Origin: Mayamaea pseudoterrestris
Lineage: Eukaryota
Direction: 5' to 3'
Assembly: GCA_027923505.1 (NCBI GenBank)
Contig: BROI01000022.1
Location: 620,001-668,940, forward strand
DNA length: 48,940 bases
Shown: piece after piece, positions 1 to 12,164 of the stretch
Layout of the letters: each line of letters begins with the position of its first letter
Numbering within the stretch: position 1 is the stretch's first letter
Position numbers and translations under genes: made by a program
The notes under the pieces: model-generated
Databases searched by the model: none
The model's input: the letters and a program-made list of their open reading frames with translations, nothing else
Told to the model about the DNA's origin: nothing

Positions 1-3000
1 GCGGAGAAGAAGCGCGACCGAGAAAAGTCGGTCCTCGATAGCTTGCCCAAGAATATGCGCGTGCCAAGTCAGTATTCCTGCGCGTTTTGGCCAACCTTTT
101 TCCTGGGAATACTTGGAACCTTGTATGCGCTAGTGATACTGATGCAGTACTGGAGGGTGGACTTTAACGTTTGGCTTAACTATCGCGAAATGGATCCAAC
201 GAGGCAGGAACTGCCAGACGATTTGCTGCAAATTGACGTGGAGCAGGACTTGGAGGAGCAAGCCAAGCGAAAGCAACAACTCAAGGATGCAACTCAAACG
301 GTTCCGGATCGGAAGATTGCGAATCCGCCATCCATTCTACCTACTTGTGCACGCATTACTCCCAAGAAGGGCCCCGAGATTTTGGTGGACCTGGAATATT
401 ATCCGACGCTGGGAATGACATTTGAGTATCATCGCCGCCGCTACGTGTACAAATCGCCGCACGGCTGGACGAAGATTCGCTGTCAAACAAAGATTCCGTT
501 GGATAATTTAAAAGCTTGGAAAGGCTTTCCGTCGCCGCTGCAGCTGATTGGTGGACAAATTCGATTTGGACCAAACATGTTTACAGTCAAGCAGCCTTCG
601 TTCGTTGATTTATACAAGAAGCAGCTACTGAATCCCTTTTCCATTTTCCAAATGTTTTGCGTCTTGCTTTGGGCGATTGATGATTACATTTTGTACAGCT
701 TGTTCAATCTGTTCATGGTATTTACGTTTGAGGCGACGGTTGTGTTTCAACGCATCCAGAGCATGAAGGCGCTCAGAGGCATGGGCAACCCCAGTCGTAA
801 CATTTATGTGTACCGAAGCAACCACTGGACAATCTGCGATTCGTCCGAACTACTTCCGGGCGATATAATGAGTTTGAAACGAATTGCGCCGCACCGATCA
901 AAGGATGCGACCCAGCCGAGCGCAGCAATTCAAGATGCTGGAGGCGACATTGTACCGGCGGATCTGCTTTTGCTTCGCGGGTCAACGGTTGTGAATGAGG
1001 CAAGCTTGACCGGTGAATCGATACCGCAGATGAAGGAAGGGTTGGTTGATTTGGAAGCCGGCGATCGTCTCGACATGAAAACAAAGCACAAGATGAATGT
1101 TGCATACGCTGGCACGAAGATGCTCCAATGCAAAGGCGCTGCCGAGATTGAAGCCGACTCGACCGCACCCAAGCTATACAGTCAGATTCCAAATCCTCCT
1201 GACGACGGCTGCGTTTGCTTTGTTTTGCGGACCGGATTTGCTTCGGCTCAAGGAAAGCTAGTTCGAATGATTGAAGGTTCGCACGACAAGGTCAAGGGCC
1301 ACGAGCGCGAGACTGGGTTGCTCCTTCTGTTTCTTTTTTGCTTTGCTGTCATGAGCTCGTCGTATGTGCTCTATCACGGCATGCAGAACGAAAAGCGCAG
1401 TAAATATGAGCTGCTGCTTCATTGCATCATGATTGTCACCAACGTTATACGGCCGGAACTTCCGATGCAGATGGCCCTCGCTGTGAACAATGCCTTGATG
1501 ACGTTGATGAAGATGCACATCTTTTGCACGGAGCCGTACAGGGTACCCATGGCAGGCCGTTTAAATGTGTGCCTTTTCGATAAGACGGGCACTTTGACTA
1601 CGGATGAACTTGTTGCAGGTGGAGTTTGCGAGCCTGTGAAACTCGACATTTCATCCGGGATGGAGGATGCGGATCCAGAATTCCTCACTCCCATGACCAA
1701 GCTAAACGGCGGAGCGGCTCTTGTTCTGGCGGGCTGTCACTCTCTTGTTGTTGTAGACGAGGAAATTGCTGGCGATCCTTTGGAAAAGGCATCGTTATCT
1801 GCTATGCGATGGCAGCTATCCGTTTCATCCGGTCATGCGACACCTGCTCCGGCTACTGATAAACGACCGGCTGGCAATCCCATCTCTGTCGCTGACACTC
1901 ACTTGACTGATGTTGATGTGCTAACACGACACCACTTTAGTTCAAAGCTGCAACGTATGAGTTGCGTCATTAAATCGTCAGGCAAAATGTTTTCTGTTGC
2001 GAAAGGCTCACCAGAGGCGATTGGACGGCTACTCGCTTCAAAACCTGCTGCGTATGATGAGAAGGCGGCATACCTGGCGAAACAAGGCTACAGAGTCATC
2101 GCTCTTGCGTGGAAGCAACTTGCGTCGGACTCAATTGCTCACCAGGCCATGGAAAGTCGTACGACATGCGAAGAAGAGCTATTGTTTGCCGGTTTCATAG
2201 CCTTTACGTGCATGGTGCGGAAAGATACTGCTAGCGTATTAACTCGACTCAAAGAGGGAGGAATGACATGTGCAATGGTGACGGGCGATGCGTTGCTTAC
2301 AGCTATCCATGTTGCCAGAGAAGTTGAAATTTGTGAACTAATTAACAAGAACGAAACAGACGCAGGTGCTGACCTTACAGAAACGAGCGAAGAACTGAAA
2401 GCTTTACTATTAGCGAAACGCGGTGTTTCGGACACCAAACCAAAACAGAACGAACGGAAGATCTACCGCGATCTCCTGTTTCTCGAAGCGGATGACAAGG
2501 GAGGCATGTACTGGGCTCGGTATGAAGATAGCTCTCGTGCGCAAGACTTTGTCGCAAGCCAAATTCCTACTTTGGCATCCACGCATGATCTCGCAACAAC
2601 CGGAGCTAGTCTGTCTCTGGCGTATGAGTATGATCCAGAAATTAGCTCAATGCTTGAGCACATTCAAGTTTTTGCACGCATGACGCCGGATGCTAAAGAA
2701 AAGGTAATTGAGTGCCTTCACTCCATCGGCAAACTGACGATGATGTGCGGCGACGGCGCGAACGACGTTGGGGCTTTAAAAGCAAGCTCCGGTAAGTTTT
2801 TTCATGTCTTTCAATGCACTTCCTCATGACATAACCTCTCACTTATGTTTGTCGTTCCAGTCGGTGTCGCTTTGCTGTCGGGCTTCGGAAACCTCAATGT
2901 GCAGAAGGAAAGTAACGAGAAAATCGAACCGAAACGTGACGATGGCGTAAGAGCCATCATGAGCCAAGAACACCTCAACGAGATTCGTGCACTACCTGTC

Positions 3001-4419
3001 TTCGCGTTAAAGATGAAGATCCGTAGTCTCGGATGCGACCCGAACAAGTATCCCGAACTAAAGGAAAAGGAAGACCTTGTACAGCTGTACCAGATCAAGT
3101 CACGCGAGCTAGCAATCAGCAGGCATGACAAGAAAAACCAACTGGATGCTAAGAAAATGACTCCTGCTGAACAGAAGTTAGAACAACGCAGGAAATTGGA
3201 AGAGAAACAGCTTGCCATGCAAAGACGAGTACAGGAGTTGGAGGCACGAGGAGAGACCTGGGCGCAGTTCAAAGTAATGAAAGAGTTCATGGCCAATGAA
3301 TTTAAAGAGGCGCAACAGAAGAAGAATGAAATGTCTAAGTTTAGCGGCGTGGAAGGCCAAGCTGCGATGCTGGCATCGAAGCTTGATGACGTAGATGCTG
3401 GAGGTGTTCCAATGATAAAGCTTGGAGACGCTAGCGTAGCCGCCCCATTTACGAGCAAGATGCCGAGTATTCGAAATTGCGTCGACATTGTACGACAAGG
3501 ACGGTGTACGCTTGTGAACAGCATGCAGATGTATCAAATTATGGCTCTCGAATGTCTCATAAGCTCGTACTCCTTGTCGGTGCTATACCTCGACGGCGTC
3601 AAGTATGGAGATACGCAAATGACAGCGATGGGAATCCTTGGATCGGTATCGTTCATGTCAGTGTCTCGGTCGAAGCCGCTCGACAAGCTGAGCAGTGTGC
3701 GCCCATTGACTAGCATCTTTCACCCTGCCAAATTCTTAAGTCTTTTGGGACAATTTGCAATTCATCTTGGAGTAATGCTTTTTGCCGTGTACTCAGCTAA
3801 GAAGCATTTGCCTCCCGACTATGAACCCGATCTGGACGGGACGTTCCAGCCTGGTATTCTCAACACTTGCGTATTTCTAGTCAGCAGTGTGCAGCAAGTT
3901 ACAGTATTTGTCGTCAATCTACAAGGACGGCCATTTATGACGGGTCTGTCAGAGAACAGACCTTTGTTGTGGTCGCTGTTGGGGACGTTCATTCTCACAT
4001 TCATGTTTGCCAGCGAAACAGTCCCTGGATTGAACCGATATTTCCAGCTTGTTCCCTTCCCCGATGAACGATTCCGTGATTTCCTTCTCATTCTCTTGGT
4101 CATGGACCTGGTGGCTACGCTAGCATTTGATCGTCTGATGCAGTTTTTGTTCAGCCGCGACATTTTGATCGCCAGCGTCAAGGGTACAACATGGAAGGAT
4201 GTCTTCGGCATTCTTCGTACGTTTGCCGTGATCGCTGTCATTATGAGTGTCGTGTTCGGGAACAGCGAGCAGTGGGACGAATTGCTGGAGATGCAGACGA
4301 ACATGACCAACGAAACCGCAGAGGAGAGCTTGTCAACATCAGAGACTATAGCTGCGTGTGCTGGCGACCTATGTGACGCCGTCAATGGAACCATTCCGGC
4401 ACTGCGAGACGAATTTTAA
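1..4419 (+). CDS. P5A-type ATPase (Spf1/ATP13A1 family), 5'-partial; exons <1-2791, 2861-4419
   Basis: Frame is open from base 1. Motifs LTGES, FDKTGTLT, VTGD, MCGDGANDVGALK and LGDASVAAPFTSK. A 69-bp GTAAGT...TTCCAG intron at 2792-2860 restores ALKASS-VGVALL. Confidence 0.95.
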
Positions 4420-4819
4420 AGGCTGGATCTAGTAAGCTTCCTCATTGTTTATAATTTTATTATCGCATATAATAGGATTGCGGAGTATTTTTTCAAAACG
4501 ATGTTGGTGAGATACTGTCTTCACCATAGGCGAAGAGATAATATCATCGCTACTCGTACATCAAAGTGGCAATACTGCAACATAAGCAAGCAGTTGAAAC
4601 TACCGGTAGGATAATGTTGTGCTTGCGGATGGTTTCTTCTGTTTCGGGGCTGAGCGCCAAGCTACAAGTGAGTTCGAGATGGATGTGCCAGGACACAGTT
4701 TAGCTGCTCACTATGCCATAACAGCGATGTCATGAGTTGACGCAACTCAGCTGCATGCTTTAATCTCTCAAGAGCTGTTTTATTATATTACTTGTTAGTT
4801 GTTATTAGCAAGCTACTCT

Positions 4820-5357
4820 TCACTCTTCATCCTCCTCGTCGTCGTCATCATCATCATCATCGTTAAAATTCGTCATTTTGGCGACTGCCTTTTCCCAACC
4901 AGCCGCAATTTGAGCAGGCGCCGACGCTGCTACAACATGCCCATGATGCTCGTGTCCATGGTCGTCGCCCGGCGCATGCTCCCAAGGATGGCGCCAGCCC
5001 AAAACGACTGGCAAATCGTGACTGGCGCGATGAAAGACCCAAAGCCAGCAAACGGTGCCAAACACTTCACCGGCGATGCGATGATTCTCCGATACTGTCA
5101 TGTAGTGCCTGTAAAGTGTACAGAAAGAACATGAGCTTAAATTTATGTGTAATTAACATAGAAGCTTGCTTGGCCGATCGTTGAAGAGGTGGAGGAATTC
5201 AATCGTCGAGCTGCTTCTACTAATATTCATCCAATTATTTATGTTTCACGCACCCTCCGGCCATGCCACGCCGAGCTCCATTTTGCGCGGGAAGCTTCTG
5301 CAGGCCCCGCCGGCCGAGTGTTCTTGTGGAACGAGCAGCAGCGCCGAGCATCGTCAT
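4820..5357 (-). CDS. NDUFB2: Mitochondrial complex I subunit NDUFB2 (AGGG); exons 5357-5254, 5108-4820
   Basis: Spliced product MTMLGAAARSTRTLGRRGLQKLPAQNGARRGMAGGHYMTVSENH...VCWLWVFHRASHDLPVVLGWRHPWEH. It has an Arg-rich presequence, an AGG mature start and the plant-type WxWxxxRxxxDxPVVxGWRHPW motif. Minus-strand intron 5253-5109 (GTGCGT...TTTACAG). Confidence 0.85.
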
Positions 5358-5704
5358 GGTGGATTGTGACGGTCGTCGCGGTGCGTTTGTCGCTGGGCGG
5401 TAGGTACGACATTACAAAGCGCGAATGAAAACGCCGCTCGAGGTATCGTCGCCGCGGATCCGCCGTCGCTGCGCGCAGACATGAAAGATCGAAGCAGCAC
5501 ACAAACAAGCTCCTTTGATTAGATCCTCTGCTTCCACTTTCTGCATACTTGCGAGATTTTGTTGCAGCTGCAGCGATACAGTATTCTGTAATCTGATCAA
5601 TTGTCCTTCGCGAGCAAGGCGTTTGACACGCAAGGTCGCTACACCTCGAATCGTCCAATTAACAAGTGATCATTGCTTGAGCTTCATCCCTCTACTGCAG
5701 CAAT

Positions 5705-8700
5705 ATGAATCGAACGTCAAATACAGGCCTCGGAGCGGAAGATATGGATGCGGAGGAAGGACTGAACGAGTCTACAATGAATAATAACTCGACCGGATCG
5801 GAAATGAGAAATGGTACGGAGCCAGAACTTCCATTCGATCCGCAAACCAATGCCAAAGACAACAGCCAGGCTGCCGTCACGACTTGCATTGAGTGGCGCA
5901 GAGGCGAAACGTCCGCAGTTTTTCTAGAGCGACACTCTGCCCTCCAGAGTTGGAAGCAGAATCGATCGCTCGACGCGCTGCTCATCAATGACGACTTTTT
6001 CACCAACTATTTACAACTCTCGGATGTTGAATTGGAAGAAATTACCAATATATTGACGAATCACCCTTTCAAGACGCTTCATCTCCAGTCGCTCCCTCGC
6101 GCATTCTCTCTATCGGCTTGCCGACGATTGACTCATTTCTGCGCAATGCTTGGCCGCATGCATTCAATGAAAACTATTGATATCTGCTGCGAGCAAGAGC
6201 CAGGTGGTGGAATGAATACGACGCATGTGACTATAATTAGATGCATGCCTTTTCTTCAACATTTGAGTATTTGGGAGGGCCACCAGGCAGACGTGGAATG
6301 CTGGCGCGATCTGGCGGCGGCGCTATGCAGCCAAAAATCATGTCTTGAAACGGTTTGCTTGTGCATTCCGTCGGCTCACTATGCGATTGTTTTGCCGGCC
6401 CTGTATTCCATTCAATCATTATCGAAAGTTACCTTGTACGAGTATTTGCAGATTGACGACGAGGAACTCCAAGACGGGGAAGATGAGTTACCTCCCGATA
6501 CTATTAATGCCATGGCAGGCTTGCTGCGAATGGGCGAAAGTAATCCAGACCTTAGAGTCGAACTCAAGCAATGGCAAACCTTTGGACAAGAGACACAGAC
6601 TACGCTCTGTCGGGCATTGGCCGAGACGACAATCAAGGGATTAGAATTGAGCTATATAGATATATATGATCCACAAATGCTGGCTTCTTCTTTGTCGCAA
6701 TGCCAGCTGAAGGACCTGAAGCTTACGCACCTAGAATTTGATATATTCGATTCCAGGGCCGGCTTGGTACTTTCTTCCTTGTCTCAGGTAATTCATGCCA
6801 TGGAGCAGTTGGAAAAGCTTGAATGTGGATATCCTGCAGGTGGTCAAATGGCGATGGAAGGCGACTACAAGGACGCTGCCGTATTACAGCTCGTTGAAGC
6901 TGTTGCCCAGTGCCATCGACTCGAGTACTTGAAATTCTTTTTGACATATTTCCCTCATGAGGAGTTGGATAAGGCGTTGGCCGCATGTGTTGATCCTGTA
7001 AATGACCATCTTGTTCACGTCCACGTCTGCTGCTACAGTACCTATTCAACAGAAACGTGGCGACCGAAGTGCCTTCCGATGATTTCGAAAGCTTTGCAGA
7101 AGAACTACACGATTCAACGCATTCGTCTGCAAACGGTACTTTACCTACTTGAAGATTGTATCCCACAGAACATCCCACCATGGGATCCACTTCTCGAAAA
7201 GGGCATTCAAATTTTTCCACAATTAAACAGGGCTGGACGCCGATTGGCGGAAGAAACGGACGGAATTGGTGGAACGAACGTCCTTGGAGAAGTGAGCAAT
7301 AACTTGGATTGTATTTTTCACTATTTGCGTGACATCCCTACGTTGTGCAACCGCAAGGCTGCGAATGGCAATGCAGCGGGCCGTCAGCCATGGGTTCAGC
7401 TTGAGACAACCATGTCTCTCCCGGGTCTACTTCTGGAGGCATCTAGAGGGAGTAAGTATCAAATTTTTCACTTGCTCAAGCAGTCCGTGCGTTACTTATC
7501 TGCCCTTTACCCTTCCACACTTGCAGGCTTGACAGCGGTGTCCACCCTTTGCAAATTTCCTATTACTGTTCTCGAGACCGACCAAATTCATTTGGTACTT
7601 CAGGAATTAATGTTCAGACTTCAAGAGCAGACCATGCAATCGGCGAGCAACGCAGCGACGTCAATTGCCGCTATCGCCAAGGCGTATCGTGCCAGTATAT
7701 ATGATAAAACAAGCGTTTTATCTGAGCTCATGGCGCGTTTGCTCAATGCCTTGTTTGATGCATTAGAACGAGCGTATGTTTACAAAGGAAACCTATGCAT
7801 GGAAGCAGCATCGGCTGTGGTGGAACTTGCCGAGTCAAGTGCTTTGGATTCCGTTCCCATACTCATCGGTTTTACCCATCGCGTCCTTACTGGCATGCGT
7901 AACGTGCTCAGAGCCCGATCAGACTTCGCCGAACAAGAGTGCGCTGCGAATGGTTTCCTTTCGCAATGTTGTGACATTGTAAAGGCAATCTTTTCACGCT
8001 TATCCAAGATGGATAGGGACTTCATCGACGAAAAAGTTATAGCTGGGGACACCATAGTGGCCGATACAACAGGATTGGTGTACCAGACTATGCAGATCGA
8101 GTGTGCTGGATGCGTCAAAAATTCATTTATGGCTGTTTCTGCTATAGCGCGTTGCGTGCTTAGTGGGTTTAAAGTAAGTTTTGTTGACCAACAGTGGATC
8201 ACATGTCAGAATATCTCATGATGCTAATCTCAATGCCGTGGCATACACAATCAGCCTTACTGCGACCAAACGGTGGCAGCGCTTGTGGCAGCTTTCATGA
8301 ACCCCCGTCTCGCGCGAGATGCCAAACCGGCTGTGATCTCATGCATTGGTCACCTTGCAATAAGCGTTGTCTCCATTGCTCCTTTTGTACAGGCTTGTGC
8401 CACCGTGCTCGAGTTGGCAGCAGATCTGTGTACGGTAAGCTCGGACGATGGAGATGATCAAATTTTCGTTGACGATTTGCGAATGGCTATTCTTGAGGCG
8501 TATTATGGCATCATCTTCAATCTTGGGGAGCAGGATGACGCGGATCGTATCAGAGCGCATTTCCCTTCAGCCCTGAGGTTTCTGCTGCATGTTGCATCTC
8601 CGCAATCAAACAGGGACAAGCGAGTTTTGATAAAGACTGTTGAATTGGTTTATGCATTTCTTAATTTGAATTTGGCGCATTATCATGGACCGATGTTCGT

Positions 8701-8824
8701 CCACTATCATCAACTAGTCAGACTCATTCACGAAGCCAGCGTTTCATCCGACGAAGACGCTCGACAGAGTGCGGACGCAACGCATGCCGCAATTCAAAGT
8801 CGCTTTTTAAGGACTCGGCCGTAA
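5705..8824 (+). CDS. RNI-like leucine-rich-repeat protein fused to importin-beta-like C-terminal HEAT repeats; exons 5705-8173, 8255-8824
   Basis: N-terminal LxxLxL repeats end in NYTIQRI...LNRAGRR...LDCIFHYLRDIPTLC. A phase-0 81-bp intron at 8174-8254 (GTAAGT...TCAG) joins to PYCDQTVAAL...KPAVISCIGHLAI...LRMAILEAYYGII, which resembles importin-beta HEAT repeats. Confidence 0.7.
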
Positions 8825-9893
8825 TGCAACCGGTCCACCTACTGGGAGTATCAGGAATTTTGGACATGGCCTAACTACTGGCTGCGTCAAATGATTGGGA
8901 CAACTAAGTTGCATGTTGGTTTATGATGTCAGTGATGCTGTCGCATTGGGCATCAACGTACCTTCTATAATGCCACAGCTTGCCTATATATATAGAAAGT
9001 CTGCGCGTATTTATGATATTTATAATATGATTTTCTGCCTACTGAGTAGTCTATCAAGAGGGAAGCATACAAACGTGGCCTGGACCAATGCGCCAGACAT
9101 AGAACGGACATCGCCCAGACTCAGGGTTCACAAGTTCTCTGGTCCCTTCAAACAAGATGATGATGCTGCAATAAGAAGGCTTACGAGTTCCAGTAGTTAT
9201 TTTGCAGAAGCTCGCGAAGGATTGCAGGATAAATTTCAGCAACATGAAGTAGGAATCGTAACGCACGAGCGGACTTTGTCTGGTCTTTTCGCAAGGAGAG
9301 ACGGAGCAGATTAGAAGAAGAAGCCTTTGCTTGTTTACGGCCACGAGATGCTCATTATGTGCAAGCCACTCTGGATCAAGCGAATCTGGCTCGCGCAACA
9401 AACTTACCGCCACCAAGCTTGCTTCCATAGCGCCACAAACCGTTCAGAGGGCAACGGAAGGCAGTACATCACAAGCATCAAAATTCTCTTTTTCAACACA
9501 CAGGCGGTACAACAGAACCACCATCCATAGATAAGACGCAGCATGCTTCAACACCGTATATTAAGTCAAAAAGGCTGCACTTGAAGAGCGATACATTGCA
9601 TGCAGCGTTACGTAATTGACGACGAGTCCCGAGGGGCATGTAGAAGCGCAGGATATTGGAAGTTTGCTGCTGCTGCAGCTGCTATTCGCGCAAGTATGCA
9701 AAGTTTCGTTCGATAGAAGAGGCATGATCATGTATATTTTGTCTGATGGCGATAGTGGGCGGGCGACGAGGCGAGGGCGCTGTGCGCAGTCGCCCGGGAT
9801 CTTTGGAAAACACCACTGCGACACGAATCTTGGCGACCATTCGAATCATGCGAAGCAAAAGATCCATCCATTGTTTTGTCCATCAATCTCACC

Positions 9894-11474
9894 ATGGCAT
9901 CAACTATTACTACTCGACGGCTAATAAGGTTTTGGCTCATATTATTGTCCATCCATAGCCTTTCGGCCTTTCAGAGCCCTAATGTTTCTTGCAAATGGAC
10001 GAGTTCGCCTTTAGTGAGAGCTTGCCGTGCCGCTTCCTCCCATCGACGACATTTACAACGACCCATCACACTTTCGAAAAATGGCGGCTTACAACGAAGA
10101 CGGACAAGTCGTCAAGGATTATCATCTTCATCCAGTACGTCACTATCACTGTCACTATCAAGCAGTTTTGCATCCATTCAGTCGCTCCATGCGAATCCTT
10201 CCTACTGCTTGACCGCCTTGCTATTGCTCGGCACCTTTGGCGTCAAGCTCGAGCAACGCACCAAGCTTGGCAAGGCCCTTTCAGCGCCACTGGCAACCAT
10301 GGCTATTGCCTTGATTGCCGCCAATCTCAAATTGATTCCGTTTGCCAGTCCCATGTATGACATGGTGAATTCTCACTTGGTGGGACTCGCCGTGCCAATG
10401 CTGCTGATGGATTCCAATCAGATTCGAAAACTGTTTCGGAAAAAGAGCAAGACTAGTAGTACTAGCGATCAGAATCCAAATCTAAAGTCGCTACTTGGAG
10501 CATTTGTCGTTGGTACTATTGGAACCTTGGTAGCAACGCTTATTGTGTATCCGCTCATTCCGCTCCGCGGCTTGTCGGCATCATCATCATCCGTAGCAAC
10601 CGCAAGCACTCCAGCGTCAGCAAACGTTGGCTGGAAGATTGCCTGCGCACTCGCCGCTCGTCACATTGGAGGCGCCATCAACTTTGTCGCCGTGGCGGAA
10701 ACCTTGAGCATTCCGGGAACGGTGGTTTCGGCGGCCATTGCCGCCGACAATGTTGTGGTCGCCCTGTACTTTGCCGCGCTTTTTGCACTGGCCAAGCCAG
10801 CGAGTGCTACAACAACAAGTACAGATGAATTAAAGACAAAGACATCTACTGCAACTGTTGTCTCAGACAGTGAACTTGAGTTTACCATCATCGATGATGA
10901 AGATGCAGACCAAGACCCTGCCAATCAACAAATTACACTTTCCTCCATTGGTATGGCTCTTTCGACAGCGTCTGGTTTGGTGACTCTTGGCGGCATTATT
11001 ACAAAGGCGATACTACCAAAAGGCACGTCGGCGCTTCCCTTAACATCCCTTCTAACGGTGACGGCAGCGACTATGTTTCCAAAATACTTTATGAAGATTC
11101 GCTCAGCGGGTTCGGCACTGGGTATACTAGCCATTCAACTCTTTTTTGCCGCATCCGGAGCGGCTGGATCCATAGCACTAGTGTTGCAGCAAGCGCCAGC
11201 GTTGTTTGCCTTTAGTGCCTTGCAGATTGCGGTACACTTTGGTATTTTAATGGGAGTTGGACGTGGCATTTTTAAATTGCCGCTGCGCGAGTTGTACCTG
11301 GCGTCAAACGCCTGCGTCGGAGGTCCCACGACTGCGGCAGCCATGGCAACAGCAAAGGAATGGAAAGCACTGATTCTGCCGGCTCTGTGGATTGGCATAC
11401 TAGGATATGCTATTGCTACGGCGTTAGCATTGGCCATGGGGCCGGTGCTATTACGACTACCGTTATTGCAATGA
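9894..11474 (+). CDS. DUF819-family multi-pass membrane protein, probably plastid-targeted
   Basis: Many hydrophobic helices, with HIGGAINFVAV and LASNACVGGPTTAAAMA motifs. The N-terminal hydrophobic stretch ends in LSAF and is followed by a Ser/Arg-rich transit-like region. First ATG is at 9894. Confidence 0.85.
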   Translation: MASTITTRRLIRFWLILLSIHSLSAFQSPNVSCKWTSSPLVRACRAASSHRRHLQRPITLSKNGGLQRRRTSRQGLSSSSSTSLSLSLSSSFASIQSLHANPSYCLTALLLLGTFGVKLEQRTKLGKALSAPLATMAIALIAANLKLIPFASPMYDMVNSHLVGLAVPMLLMDSNQIRKLFRKKSKTSSTSDQNPNLKSLLGAFVVGTIGTLVATLIVYPLIPLRGLSASSSSVATASTPASANVGWKIACALAARHIGGAINFVAVAETLSIPGTVVSAAIAADNVVVALYFAALFALAKPASATTTSTDELKTKTSTATVVSDSELEFTIIDDEDADQDPANQQITLSSIGMALSTASGLVTLGGIITKAILPKGTSALPLTSLLTVTAATMFPKYFMKIRSAGSALGILAIQLFFAASGAAGSIALVLQQAPALFAFSALQIAVHFGILMGVGRGIFKLPLRELYLASNACVGGPTTAAAMATAKEWKALILPALWIGILGYAIATALALAMGPVLLRLPLLQ

Positions 11475-11701
11475 CGATTGTAACTGCTAGTGACAAGTAT
11501 AGTCTCATAGAGTATACTACAAATGCTTGGCTAGTCAAGTGATGCTTGATGCCAAAGCTTAAATAAATAAAAGTCACATTGACTCACCGATTCCACTTTC
11601 TTCAGCGAGTCGAGTTGATACATGAAGTGTTAACTAATGTTGACTGCCAATGATGTTCACCAATTTCCACCAATGTTGACCAACAATACTGACTGAATTC
11701 A

Positions 11702-11923
11702 ACATTGTTGGCTGGCATTAGACAGGCATAATTTCATGATGTGGAAAGTGCAATAATGCATTCATCTCTAGCCCATTGCGTCTCTAAGTTTTGCCACCAG
11801 GAATGGCTGAATTTGTGGTCTGTCCATAGTAGCAGGCTGCCATGTCCCTCTCCACATGCCAATAAAGTATACATTGTTGGCTGGCAGTTGACAGGCATTG
11901 TTTCATGATGTAGAAAGTGCAAT
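11702..11923. repeat. Intergenic 53-bp imperfect direct repeat at 169-bp spacing
   Basis: 11702-11754 and 11871-11923 match at 48/53 positions (acattgttggctggca...ttcatgatgt.gaaagtgcaat). The surrounding tract is CpG-poor. Confidence 0.85.
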
Positions 11924-12164
11924 GCACGCAATGTCGAGCCATCATGCTGAGGAAGATTAATGTCATGTCTTAGCGGTTCTTTTCAAGTACCGAACGGACA
12001 CAACGTGACAGAAAATGCGCCTCGCCTCGTTCTTTCCTCCGATCTTCCATCCACATCCCGCGACCTTCCATCCTCTTCCATCATGTAATTATTCACGCTG
12101 CGCCGAGACGAGCATCAAGCCGACTGCTCTTTCCAAAAGTTTATTGGTTGTGAGGAAAAGTGTC

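Noticed and set aside
43..4419. Two separate ATPase genes or a nonsense-disrupted pseudogene
   Set aside because: The stop lies within a canonical 69-bp intron (2792-2860).
4821..4865. (TCA/TCG)n microsatellite
   Set aside because: It encodes the acidic Asp/Glu tail of NDUFB2 on the minus strand.
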